36,312 nt of DNA from Thermoplasmata archaeon (GTDB taxonomy: Archaea > Thermoplasmatota > Thermoplasmata > Thermoplasmatales > B87-G9), in contig QMSR01000001.1 in NCBI GenBank assembly GCA_003649695.1, positions 1 to 36,312 of the forward strand. Direction: 5' to 3'. Position 1 is the first letter of the stretch. Each line of letters starts with the position of its first letter. The notes beneath the pieces were generated by a model. The model made no database searches. It saw only the letters and a program-made list of their open reading frames with translations, and had not been told where the DNA came from. Position numbers and translations under genes: made by a program. This document shows, piece by piece, positions 23,815-31,592 of the stretch.

Positions 23815-25224
23815 CTAAAATACCGAACAACAATATGCCCGACCCAGCGTCAGACATTGTGCTACAGACAGACATTGATAAGAAGAAAAATTAGATTCGC
23901 GCAACACAATCCAATTCAATCTCATGACTCCTTGCTCTTTTTCCTCCTCATTCTGATTGAGGCCCAGCATACCTGTGACATGAGCAAATTTCCTCTTATC
24001 CTCACTGAAATTATCCATTGACATGGTCTCACTGGTGTATGCTGCTCTGTTCGCTTGTGTAGGCACTATCACCAGACAATGCCTTTCTTGACTCAATCTT
24101 CTCAATGCCTTCCATGTCGCATTGATCTGATCTCGCACTGCTTGATGGGTGGTATCTGGCTCAGGTGCAAGAATATCAGGATAATCAATGATGATCACAT
24201 CAGGAATAAACCCCTTCTCAATTTCCCATCTATTCAATATATTGTCAATGCCTTGAATATGAATAGATGAATTCGGATGAGTAGACACCATAAAATGAGG
24301 ATCATTGGATATTCCATATCTGCGCATGAACTTCTTCGTTGCCTTCTTGCACACCTCAGCTCGCGCAATCTTATCCTTCACCACCGTCTTCCATTCACAT
24401 TCAGCACTTCCACCGACCTTCTCAATACTGATAGGGATATTTATCTCACCCAAATCATTCCGAAATAGAGGTCGCGCACATAATCTCGCTCCTATCCTCT
24501 TCATGATCTGTGACTCACTCAGATCCCCCACCTCAAAAAACGCTACCTTCCTTCTATTGGCTAGGCCTCGGAATGCAAATTCCAGACACCACCACGTCTT
24601 CCCTCGTTTTTCCGGGCCCAATATACCTATCAGAGCATCACGAGTGAGAGCATGCTTGAAGAATTTGTCCGCTGATTCATGCCCAAATTTAATAATAGGT
24701 CTCTGAGATTCTGCGAATGCATTATCCCAGGCTTGATCATCATTCAAAGGGTCAATTCCATGGCCTTGCCCTATATTTATTGAGTTATAGGAAGATAAGG
24801 CGATCTCAGCAATCTCTGGGTCGGACTGGTGGATTGCATACTCGATGTCATTTGATAACTGCTTCAACCGCGAGATCGTTAGGTGCTGGGCCGTCATGTC
24901 GAGAAGGTAAGGCACATTCAGCTCCGAAGCTGATTCATATTGGTCCGACAAGTCCTCCAGCATGTCATGGACAGCTTCTATCACATCAGGCTTTGCATGG
25001 GTTTTCTCAGCCCATGCCTGATATATAGACTCAATTGTTTTGCCTGGAGCCTCTTTATATCGTTCATAATGGCGGAGGCACCATTTCACAATAGTCTTGA
25101 TATGACTGGCACTCAGCAATTTCAGGTCTATTGTGGAAGACACCTGACTGAGAAACTCAGATGATGTGATCATTCCAATCACCATCTGTCGTTCCGCATT
25201 ACTATCTACTTTCCTTCTCCTCAT
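23815..25224 (-). CDS. Replicative DNA helicase, DnaB / T7 gp4 helicase-domain family
   Basis: Walker A GPEKRGKTW, Walker B VIIIDYPDIL, and VIVPTQANR. The N-terminal helical domain is of the expected length. Confidence 0.75.
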   Translation of the reverse strand: MRRRKVDSNAERQMVIGMITSSEFLSQVSSTIDLKLLSASHIKTIVKWCLRHYERYKEAPGKTIESIYQAWAEKTHAKPDVIEAVHDMLEDLSDQYESASELNVPYLLDMTAQHLTISRLKQLSNDIEYAIHQSDPEIAEIALSSYNSINIGQGHGIDPLNDDQAWDNAFAESQRPIIKFGHESADKFFKHALTRDALIGILGPEKRGKTWWCLEFAFRGLANRRKVAFFEVGDLSESQIMKRIGARLCARPLFRNDLGEINIPISIEKVGGSAECEWKTVVKDKIARAEVCKKATKKFMRRYGISNDPHFMVSTHPNSSIHIQGIDNILNRWEIEKGFIPDVIIIDYPDILAPEPDTTHQAVRDQINATWKALRRLSQERHCLVIVPTQANRAAYTSETMSMDNFSEDKRKFAHVTGMLGLNQNEEEKEQGVMRLNWIVLRESNFSSYQCLSVAQCLTLGRAYCCSVF

Positions 25225-26123
25225 TCATTTCCCCTTATTGGTGTAAAGCGAACTTTGAAATGACCATTACCAAGATCAATCCTTTCCACCTCATGTCGAA
25301 ATCTGTTGGGGGTGGGGTTTTCTCTTTGCATGGCGGATTCTATCCTCAGGAATTTTTCTCGGAATGCTGCTCCAGAAAATGCTTCTGGAATGAATTCTGG
25401 GACTCCTCCTGTGATGGTCTTACAATACCAAAGCAATACTCTTTTGAGTCTTTTTATCTCAATTTTCTCAATGGTGTGTAATTGTTTGATGGACTGACCC
25501 CATGATCTCAATTTTGATTTGGAATTGACTTTGCGAAAGGTTGATATGGCATCTGATAACTTTTTGGCGTATCTTGTCCATCTCCTTTCATCAGTTTTTT
25601 GTGGGGTGTTGTTATTTGGAAAAGTATTTGCAGGATGTTCGACGGATGTCGAACGTTCTTTATTAAGTTCTTTTTTAATAGTTCTTGTACCCTCCTGTCC
25701 GAGTACATTTTTGTACTCAGTACTTAGTACATTTTTGTTTTTCTCCGAGTACATTTTTGTACTCAGTACATTTTTGTACTCAGTGACTAATTCTTCTAAT
25801 AGATCTATGTTCACATATATAAATCTTCTGCCATGCACACCTTTTCTCTCCACACTCAAAATCCCTTTATCATTCAAAGATTTTATAGAAGATTTGATTT
25901 GAACGTCCGTATAATAGATATTATTTCGAATTCGTTTGTTGGAAAGAGAAAACCATCCGTTTTTTTCTTCTCCTTTTTTGTGTTTCATATTTGCAATATT
26001 AAAGATCAATGATAGTAGAACAGCATCCCTGGGACTCATCACAAGTAAAAATTTTCTAGGGAATCTAAACCACTCACCATCATCATAAAAAGACATATGG
26101 TTCCAGTATTCTTCATAACTCAT
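25221..26123 (-). CDS. Winged-helix replication initiator / replisome-organizer-like protein (tentative)
   Basis: N-terminal wHTH-like segment (AVLLSLIFNIAN...SLSNKRIRNNIYYTDVQIKSSIKSLNDKGILS). Sits immediately upstream of the helicase and is coupled to it (ATGA). Carries the internal DNA repeats. Confidence 0.45.
   Translation of the reverse strand: MSYEEYWNHMSFYDDGEWFRFPRKFLLVMSPRDAVLLSLIFNIANMKHKKGEEKNGWFSLSNKRIRNNIYYTDVQIKSSIKSLNDKGILSVERKGVHGRRFIYVNIDLLEELVTEYKNVLSTKMYSEKNKNVLSTEYKNVLGQEGTRTIKKELNKERSTSVEHPANTFPNNNTPQKTDERRWTRYAKKLSDAISTFRKVNSKSKLRSWGQSIKQLHTIEKIEIKRLKRVLLWYCKTITGGVPEFIPEAFSGAAFREKFLRIESAMQRENPTPNRFRHEVERIDLGNGHFKVRFTPIRGNE
25701..25781. repeat. Four copies of AGTACATTTTTGT(ACTC); three form the palindrome GAGTAC-N6-GTACTC, inside the initiator-like gene
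   Basis: Copies start at 25702, 25726, 25748 and 25765. A separate perfect inverted repeat GTTCGAC-GGAT-GTCGAAC lies at 25637-25654, with an A/T-rich stretch at 25659-25690 between them. Confidence 0.85.
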
Positions 26124-26153
26124 CTCAAAACCTCCCTACAACAAAAGGCCCGG

Positions 26154-26195
26154 CCCCCTCCCACTAGAGGCTCTCCGTGGGGTAGTGAGAGGGGG
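26154..26195 (-). promoter_or_regulatory. GC-rich leader hairpin between the promoter and the initiator-gene RBS
   Basis: 12-bp stem with 1 mismatch: CCCCCTCCCACT (26154-26165) pairs with AGTGAGAGGGGG (26184-26195). On the mRNA it is followed by CCGGGCC and then TTTTGTTG. Confidence 0.5.
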
Positions 26196-26249
26196 CAGAC
26201 CAGAAATTTTTCTTTTTGCGGCGGATGGTGAGCCTCTGCATGAAAGACT

Positions 26250-26278
26250 ACTATACGAATTCCCTGCTACATATGCAA
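26250..26278 (-). promoter_or_regulatory. Sigma70-like promoter
   Basis: Minus strand: TTGCAT (26278-26273), 17-nt spacer, TATAGT (26255-26250). It lies directly after the primase stop codon. Confidence 0.55.
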
Positions 26279-26280
26279 GC

Positions 26281-27168
26281 TCAAAATCCAAGCTCGCGCA
26301 TTATATTATCAGCCTCGTCTTGCGATAGGTCCCCTGGATCGCATTTCAACCCATCTATCACCTCAGTCACTCCAGGAAAAGGAGACAGCCATTCAGCCAA
26401 CCCTTGTGCGCGAGATTGTGCCTGTATTTGCGGATCAAACATGATATATCGACGTGGAAATTGGCGGAGTATTGAAGCCTGTTCCTCTGTCCAGTCTATT
26501 CCTAATACCCCGACAGCACCCGGGCCCATACGCCACACATCACTCGGCCCTTCTACCACCAGGACCGATTCCATCACCTTTTCAATACCGTATATCAGCT
26601 GCCTGGGTTCCTGCACCATTTTTTCATTCGAGGTGGTCTTCCATCTTGGCTTCATCTGTTTGCCGAGTGCTCTGCCAGTATACGCGACGACCTGGCCCAT
26701 CCTGTCACGAATAGGAGCAATGATCCGCCAACTCCATTCACCCGATAGTCCTGCAGTCCCTTTCAGACCCCATTCCCGCCTCAATTTTTTTGGGTCAAAT
26801 CCACGCTCTATCAGATATTTGGTATGAGTCAATTTGAGGCGATCACAATTCGGAGGCGGATCAACAAATGTAGGTCTGGGTGATTGCTCTTTCTGCGTGA
26901 GAGCTGGTCGCCCTGTCTCATATTGCTGCAGAAGTTCTCTGATATTTACTCTCAGAAATACAGCATGCAAATATTCCCATATAGTATGCCGCCCACACCT
27001 CCAGCAATTCATCGCGCCATGCTCCTCATTCCACCCCAGATGCCACCCTTCAGTCCCGTCAGAACAGAATGGGCAATGCACTTGCACCCATCCTTCATGG
27101 CAATGGTGATGGCCCTCTGACATGTGAGCGATGCCTTTGTCATCACATAATTGGATGAAATCTATCAT
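26281..27168 (-). CDS. DNA primase (zinc-ribbon plus TOPRIM; DnaG / T7 gp4 primase type)
   Basis: Zinc-binding CPFCSD-x19-CWRCG and TOPRIM LVVEGPSDV. The acidic DxD-like segment IMFDPQ is less canonical. Confidence 0.7.
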   Translation of the reverse strand: MIDFIQLCDDKGIAHMSEGHHHCHEGWVQVHCPFCSDGTEGWHLGWNEEHGAMNCWRCGRHTIWEYLHAVFLRVNIRELLQQYETGRPALTQKEQSPRPTFVDPPPNCDRLKLTHTKYLIERGFDPKKLRREWGLKGTAGLSGEWSWRIIAPIRDRMGQVVAYTGRALGKQMKPRWKTTSNEKMVQEPRQLIYGIEKVMESVLVVEGPSDVWRMGPGAVGVLGIDWTEEQASILRQFPRRYIMFDPQIQAQSRAQGLAEWLSPFPGVTEVIDGLKCDPGDLSQDEADNIMRELGF

Positions 27169-27329
27169 TTGACAAAAGTCCTCATCAGGTTGATCAATGC
27201 TTCACGCATGGTGACACTCTTCTCCACACATTTGATCTTGAATTTCTCTTTGAGGGATTTGGGAACATTCCAAATCAATAATTCACAGCATCCATCTTCC
27301 CTCCTCACTGCAATTTTGTCTCTCTCCAT
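27165..27329 (-). CDS. Ribbon-helix-helix (Arc/CopG-like) protein, 54 aa, absent from the ORF track
   Basis: Hand translation: MERDKIAVRREDGCCELLIWNVPKSLKEKFKIKCVEKSVTMREALINLMRTFVK. Start overlaps the SNF2 stop (TAATG) and its stop overlaps the primase start (ATGA). Confidence 0.55.
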   Translation of the reverse strand: MERDKIAVRREDGCCELLIWNVPKSLKEKFKIKCVEKSVTMREALINLMRTFVK

Positions 27330-28708
27330 TATTGTCTCCTTTTCAAATGCCTGATAATTGCATCAAAATCCACATCAGTCCTGAGAGTAGATTTTCCGTC
27401 TATCACTTGGGACACCACATCTCGTTTCTTCTCTATGATCGCCCACACATATTCATCTATGGTGTCTCGTGCTATCATATGATATGCTGTAATCTTATCA
27501 GCTGCTTGACCGATTCTGTTCACTCGGTCCTCAGCTTGGTCATGCTCACCTGGAGTCCATCCATGCTCAACGAATAGAGTGGTGGATGCGGCAGTCAATG
27601 TAATGGCCTGCCCATCTGCTTTGATTGATCCAATGTATATTCTGCACTTGTCATCCTCCTGAAATCTACGGACGTCATCAGCTCGCCTTTTACTCCCTGC
27701 TCCGCCTACTGCAGCGATCTTTTTGTATCTCTTTTTCAATAGATCAAATATGACATGATGGTGACAAAACACTACGAGCTTTTGACCTGTCATTTCCAGG
27801 AAGTCATCAATCCATTCCATGGCGGCTCTCATCTTTCCTTCTGCTGCCAGACGTTTCAGCTGACCCAACTTGACGAATCCTTCAGCCTTAGCAGCCTTCA
27901 GAGCTTTTTTCTCACCCTTCTTTGAGGCGTACCATTCCAAGAAATGCTTTTTGGCTTGCTCATATTCCCTGCGATTGGACAATTCCACTGGAAGAACGAT
28001 CCGCCTTTTTGGTGGCAATTCTTTCAGCACATCTGTCTTCATTCTCCGAATCATGAAGGGTGAGACCATCTCATGCAGCTCCTCAGTATGAGAAGCACCT
28101 CGAAAATCCCATCCTTGTCCTCGCCATGCTCTTTTTGGGTCACAATATCTCATCGCATACTTCCAGAATGATGAAAATTGTTTAGGTCGCACCATGTTCA
28201 ATACGGGGAAAAATTCAATAGGTCTGTTGATGATGGGTGTGCCACTGAGACACATCACATGAGGACAGATCTTCGCAAGATTTTTGCAGACTTTTGTCCG
28301 TTTTATCCCTCGTGTCTTCACATAATGTGACTCATCAATAATGAGCACCTGAGGACACATCGCTAGCAATTCACTCTCCCAATTCACAATGATATCATAA
28401 TTGAGGATCACAATATCAGAGGAGATGGCATATGTGCTTCTGCCTGACAGAACCTCACAATCGAGATCAGTATGCTCTTCTATCTGTTCCTGCCAATTGT
28501 ATTTTCCATTCGCAGGACAGACGATCACGACAGGACGAGCCTCCGGGTGAATGGCAAGCCACCCCAGAGCTTGCAAGGTTTTCCCCACACCCATATCATC
28601 ACCTATGATGGCTCGTCCTGCATTCTTCTCCAGGAATCGGACCCCACGTATCTGAAATCTCATCATAGGTGTCTTGATGCAGGCACGAAGTCTAGAGCCT
28701 ACAGACAC
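27329..28708 (-). CDS. SNF2/RAD54-family DNA-dependent ATPase
   Basis: Motif I GDDMGVGKT, motif II LIIDESHYVK, motif III LSGTPIINR, motif VI QAEDRVNRIGQ. GTG start at 28708 with GGAGGGAGG 7 nt upstream. Confidence 0.85.
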   Translation of the reverse strand: MSVGSRLRACIKTPMMRFQIRGVRFLEKNAGRAIIGDDMGVGKTLQALGWLAIHPEARPVVIVCPANGKYNWQEQIEEHTDLDCEVLSGRSTYAISSDIVILNYDIIVNWESELLAMCPQVLIIDESHYVKTRGIKRTKVCKNLAKICPHVMCLSGTPIINRPIEFFPVLNMVRPKQFSSFWKYAMRYCDPKRAWRGQGWDFRGASHTEELHEMVSPFMIRRMKTDVLKELPPKRRIVLPVELSNRREYEQAKKHFLEWYASKKGEKKALKAAKAEGFVKLGQLKRLAAEGKMRAAMEWIDDFLEMTGQKLVVFCHHHVIFDLLKKRYKKIAAVGGAGSKRRADDVRRFQEDDKCRIYIGSIKADGQAITLTAASTTLFVEHGWTPGEHDQAEDRVNRIGQAADKITAYHMIARDTIDEYVWAIIEKKRDVVSQVIDGKSTLRTDVDFDAIIRHLKRRQ

Positions 28709-29223
28709 GCAGACACCTCCCTCCAGACAGTATTGACCTTCTCAGGATGCCAGTCCAGGACATCAATCATGTATGCTTTGAGAGCCTCAGCTCTCCTTTC
28801 TTGTTTTCCGCGAATGATCTCTTTTCGCAATTCATCGGGAGCTTCACACACAACTTTCACCAGAGCCCGGGCCTCATCACCAATCTCCTGCATGATGTCA
28901 CCAATCCAAGAAGAGGTGGAGGGCAATTGATGAGCCAGGTCATTATCATCTGTCAGGTCACTGAAATCTGTTGCTACATGTCTCTTCCGTTTTGGATTGA
29001 TGCAGTATGATTTCATTTCATCCCATGCTGAACGATAGACCCATGTACAGAGAGAGGATTTGGCAGAGTCATAGCGGGGGAGGTACTTCATCACTCCATT
29101 GATGCCTTCACTCACCAGCTCATCAAAATCCTCATTGTGCTGTTTGGCCATCTTCCAGGCGATATTATAGATCATTTCCTTGTACTGTTCCCATACACTT
29201 TCCATCGTGATTGTGGCTTCCAT
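28699..29223 (-). CDS. Sigma-70 family (ECF-like) factor candidate
   Basis: Region-2-like YKEMIYNIAWKMAKQHNEDFDELVSEGINGVMKYLPRYDSAKSSLCTWVYRSAWDEM. C-terminal HTH-like segment (LKAYMIDVLDWHPEKVNTVWREV). Confidence 0.5.
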   Translation of the reverse strand: MEATITMESVWEQYKEMIYNIAWKMAKQHNEDFDELVSEGINGVMKYLPRYDSAKSSLCTWVYRSAWDEMKSYCINPKRKRHVATDFSDLTDDNDLAHQLPSTSSWIGDIMQEIGDEARALVKVVCEAPDELRKEIIRGKQERRAEALKAYMIDVLDWHPEKVNTVWREVSACL

Positions 29224-29250
29224 GATTCCTCCTTAAGAATGAATTTGGTC

Positions 29251-29278
29251 ATTATATTACTATAACAAAGCAATGCAA
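29251..29278 (-). promoter_or_regulatory. Near-consensus sigma70 promoter sharing the GTTATAGTAATATAA core
   Basis: Minus strand: TTGCAT (29278-29273), 16-nt spacer, TATAAT (29256-29251). Core at 29252-29266. Confidence 0.6.
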
Positions 29279-29283
29279 GACTT

Positions 29284-29487
29284 TTATGCGATTTTCGCTC
29301 TCCACCTCTTCGCCAACACCTCTGCAATGAATCTCTTCAGCTCCTTCTCTGCATGCTCTCTCACTGCCTTCATGCTACGATGCTTCACTCCGTCTTTGGT
29401 CTGATACCTCCAATGGCTGTTACGTCCTCCGATCACCAATACCCCATATTTCCCTCCGGTGTAACTGATCGCCTTGATAGTTCCCAT
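29284..29487 (-). CDS. Hypothetical small protein
   Basis: The ATG at 29487 follows CTTTTACAAGGAGAATGAA. Confidence 0.5.
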   Translation of the reverse strand: MGTIKAISYTGGKYGVLVIGGRNSHWRYQTKDGVKHRSMKAVREHAEKELKRFIAEVLAKRWRAKIA

Positions 29488-29514
29488 TTCATTCTCCTTG
29501 TAAAAGTCCTTAAA

Positions 29515-29781
29515 TTACTGTTTCAATTCATCCACCCGGTAATCCGGATATACCCTGCGTCCGTCTATATCCAGCACCAGGTTGAGCGCCAGGATGGTAC
29601 GGCCGTATGCGTCCACCCCGCGCCGGATAATAGCCAACGCATCTTCCCTGGTGGAGATCAGTGTATCGTACCACAGTCGCCTATCACCTAGATCAATGTA
29701 CATCGCCGCGATTCCGACGATGTATGCGCCGGGATATGTTCGGCGCACAATCTCATCTTCATATGTTTCTATCATATTCAT
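29515..29781 (-). CDS. Hypothetical small protein
   Basis: The ATG at 29781 follows TTTTACAAGGAGAAGAAA. Confidence 0.5.
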   Translation of the reverse strand: MNMIETYEDEIVRRTYPGAYIVGIAAMYIDLGDRRLWYDTLISTREDALAIIRRGVDAYGRTILALNLVLDIDGRRVYPDYRVDELKQ

Positions 29782-29808
29782 TTTCTTCTCCTTGTAAAAT
29801 GAGGTGAA

Positions 29809-30093
29809 TTACAGTCCGAATCCAATCTCATCCAAAATCGGATGACCCCAAAATCTCCGCTGAAGATGCTCCTTCAACTCACTGACAGTCATTCCTGCGA
29901 CAATATCACCCATAGCGTATATGTCACGGGAATATGGCTTTGATTTTGGGGTGATCACCACATATGCATAGGTGATTGGCTTCGTTCTCAGCCATTTCTG
30001 CACCTCTGCCCACTTGGTGGTGACCAGGTGAACCTCACCCCACATATCAATAGGGGTGTTGAATTCCTTGTGAATTATCCGGTATTCTCTCAT
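29809..30093 (-). CDS. Hypothetical small protein, first gene after promoter copy 2
   Basis: The track start at 30144 reads through the leader. The ATG at 30093 follows TTTTCACAAGGAGAAGAAA. Confidence 0.5.
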   Translation of the reverse strand: MREYRIIHKEFNTPIDMWGEVHLVTTKWAEVQKWLRTKPITYAYVVITPKSKPYSRDIYAMGDIVAGMTVSELKEHLQRRFWGHPILDEIGFGL

Positions 30094-30131
30094 TTTCTTC
30101 TCCTTGTGAAAACAAAAACAAAACACAAACA

Positions 30132-30274
30132 AAAACATAAGCAATGACTACATTGTTATATTACTATAACACATTGCATAAAGCAAATGATTTTTTGAAG
30201 TTTTTTTGATTATTTTTTGATAGAATGGTTTGACACCAGAAAACAGGTTATTTCTCAATCATAATTTTTTTGAT
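30132..30274. repeat. Copy 2 of the ~140-bp promoter-bearing dispersed repeat
   Basis: See the 4647-4788 entry. Confidence 0.85.
30156..30186 (-). promoter_or_regulatory. Sigma70-like promoter (copy 2)
   Basis: Minus strand: TTGCTT (30186-30181), 17-nt spacer, TAATAT (30163-30158). Core at 30156-30170. Confidence 0.55.
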
Positions 30275-30289
30275 AAAATTATTTGCGAT

Positions 30290-30359
30290 GATAATAAAAT
30301 GGGCGGGGGCTCTTTTTGCAGGTGTCGGCAGCACCCGAGGAAAGGAGGCGGCCCCGCCC
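30290..30359 (-). terminator. Structured GC-rich 3' region, putative terminator ending the late/transferase transcript
   Basis: GGGCGGGG (30301-30308) pairs with CCCCGCCC (30352-30359), closing a 43-nt loop that has an inner 4-bp stem. On the minus strand it is followed by ATTTTATTAT. Confidence 0.4.
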
Positions 30360-30364
30360 GAATT

Positions 30365-30997
30365 CTACACTGATACAGATATTCCTCCTGCTGAATATTG
30401 CTGACCCACGAAACCAGAATAAGGTGGATGGGGTGGGAAAGGCTCTGGCTGCACCCAATGAGCAGGGCATGGCAGGTCCGCATGTCTCAGCAGACTATCC
30501 CTGATCTGTGGCAAAACACACTTCTGAAGATACTTCATATCATCCACCCGTCTCATTTTCATCCTGCAATGTTCCTTGAATTCATTGAACCTTTTCAGTT
30601 TCCCTTTCACTCCCCACATACCACCAAATAAAGGCAAGCACAAATGATGAGGATGATCATGCATGCAATGAGCCTTCTTCCCGGATTCAATCCATGCTTG
30701 CACTGCCGCAGCTTCTCTGACATTTATACGCGAATCTGCGTCCCTGAAAATCACACGCTCCACCCCATCTTCCCATGCAGGCAGAAAACGCCACATCATA
30801 CCAGTATGCTTGCGCGATTTCCCCATTCTTCTGATCTCACATCCAAGCCTCCGTAATTGTTGAGTAGGTGTGGTATCCTCACAAAAAACAATCATTTTCC
30901 ATCCAGGATATATCTCAGGCATGAGCTTGGCGTTCTCTTCAGCGCCTCTGACATACATAGGATCATCGCCATATACCGAGAAGCTAACATATTTCAT
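30365..30997 (-). CDS. Putative glycosyltransferase (GT-A-like, FRDADSR motif)
   Basis: ATG at 30997 with AAGGAG 7 nt upstream. DxD-like RDADS and GGMWG motifs. The family is not identified. Confidence 0.4.
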   Translation of the reverse strand: MKYVSFSVYGDDPMYVRGAEENAKLMPEIYPGWKMIVFCEDTTPTQQLRRLGCEIRRMGKSRKHTGMMWRFLPAWEDGVERVIFRDADSRINVREAAAVQAWIESGKKAHCMHDHPHHLCLPLFGGMWGVKGKLKRFNEFKEHCRMKMRRVDDMKYLQKCVLPQIRDSLLRHADLPCPAHWVQPEPFPPHPPYSGFVGQQYSAGGISVSV

Positions 30998-31592
30998 ACC
31001 GCCACTCCTTTGCAATAGGTTCACAATACTTGCGGACCATCTCATGCCCCCATTTAGGCAATGATTCTTGCCATGTGTTTGGATGAACAGGACCAATATG
31101 ATCACCATGAATCTGCATGTCATCAATCTCATTGAAATTCTTCAATTTTTCCGCCCTTGCTTTATTTGCCGCCAACGAATATTTTTCTTTGAGATGATTC
31201 CTCACATTCTCATGAATATCCAGATCAAAATGGATTTCCAACAAGTCAAAAATCCAGTCATAATTGGAATAGAATGTCTCATACCTGAGGAGCATATGAG
31301 GAGAGCATACAACATATTTGAGCCCTACATACATGGTTGACATGACATCCAATTCAGCTTCTAGGCCTATCATACCATCGACCCCCTCACCCCCACGACT
31401 CAAGCGAATTCTGTAACGAGAGGCTGCCACGTCATATGGATTGCGTATGGTGATGATGGAGACAAGACCATCTTCATATTCCCAGGCATCTGGGTGAGTC
31501 TTCCCTATCTGTTGATCAGGAAAAATCTCCTGGACCAATTGCCACACGAGAGTTGACCCACTACGAGGGATCCCGCAGACCTGCAATTTCAT
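30984..31592 (-). CDS. PAPS-dependent sulfotransferase family protein
   Basis: 5'-PSB loop GIPRSGSTLVW, 3'-PB motif ITIRNPYDVAASRY, and a downstream LLRYETF. ATG at 31592 with AAGGAGG 7 nt upstream. Confidence 0.7.
   Translation of the reverse strand: MKLQVCGIPRSGSTLVWQLVQEIFPDQQIGKTHPDAWEYEDGLVSIITIRNPYDVAASRYRIRLSRGGEGVDGMIGLEAELDVMSTMYVGLKYVVCSPHMLLRYETFYSNYDWIFDLLEIHFDLDIHENVRNHLKEKYSLAANKARAEKLKNFNEIDDMQIHGDHIGPVHPNTWQESLPKWGHEMVRKYCEPIAKEWRYEIC

Noticed and set aside
26124-26280. Possible tRNA or small RNA gene in the GC-rich intergenic region
   Set aside because: I could not fold any cloverleaf and there is no T-loop GTTCRA-like box. The region is better explained as a promoter plus leader hairpin.
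30259-30483. Two overlapping minus-strand ORFs (74 and 63 aa) across the GC-rich region
   Set aside because: They span the stop codon region of the transferase gene and the terminator-like structure. Neither has an RBS. The composition is explained by the hairpin.
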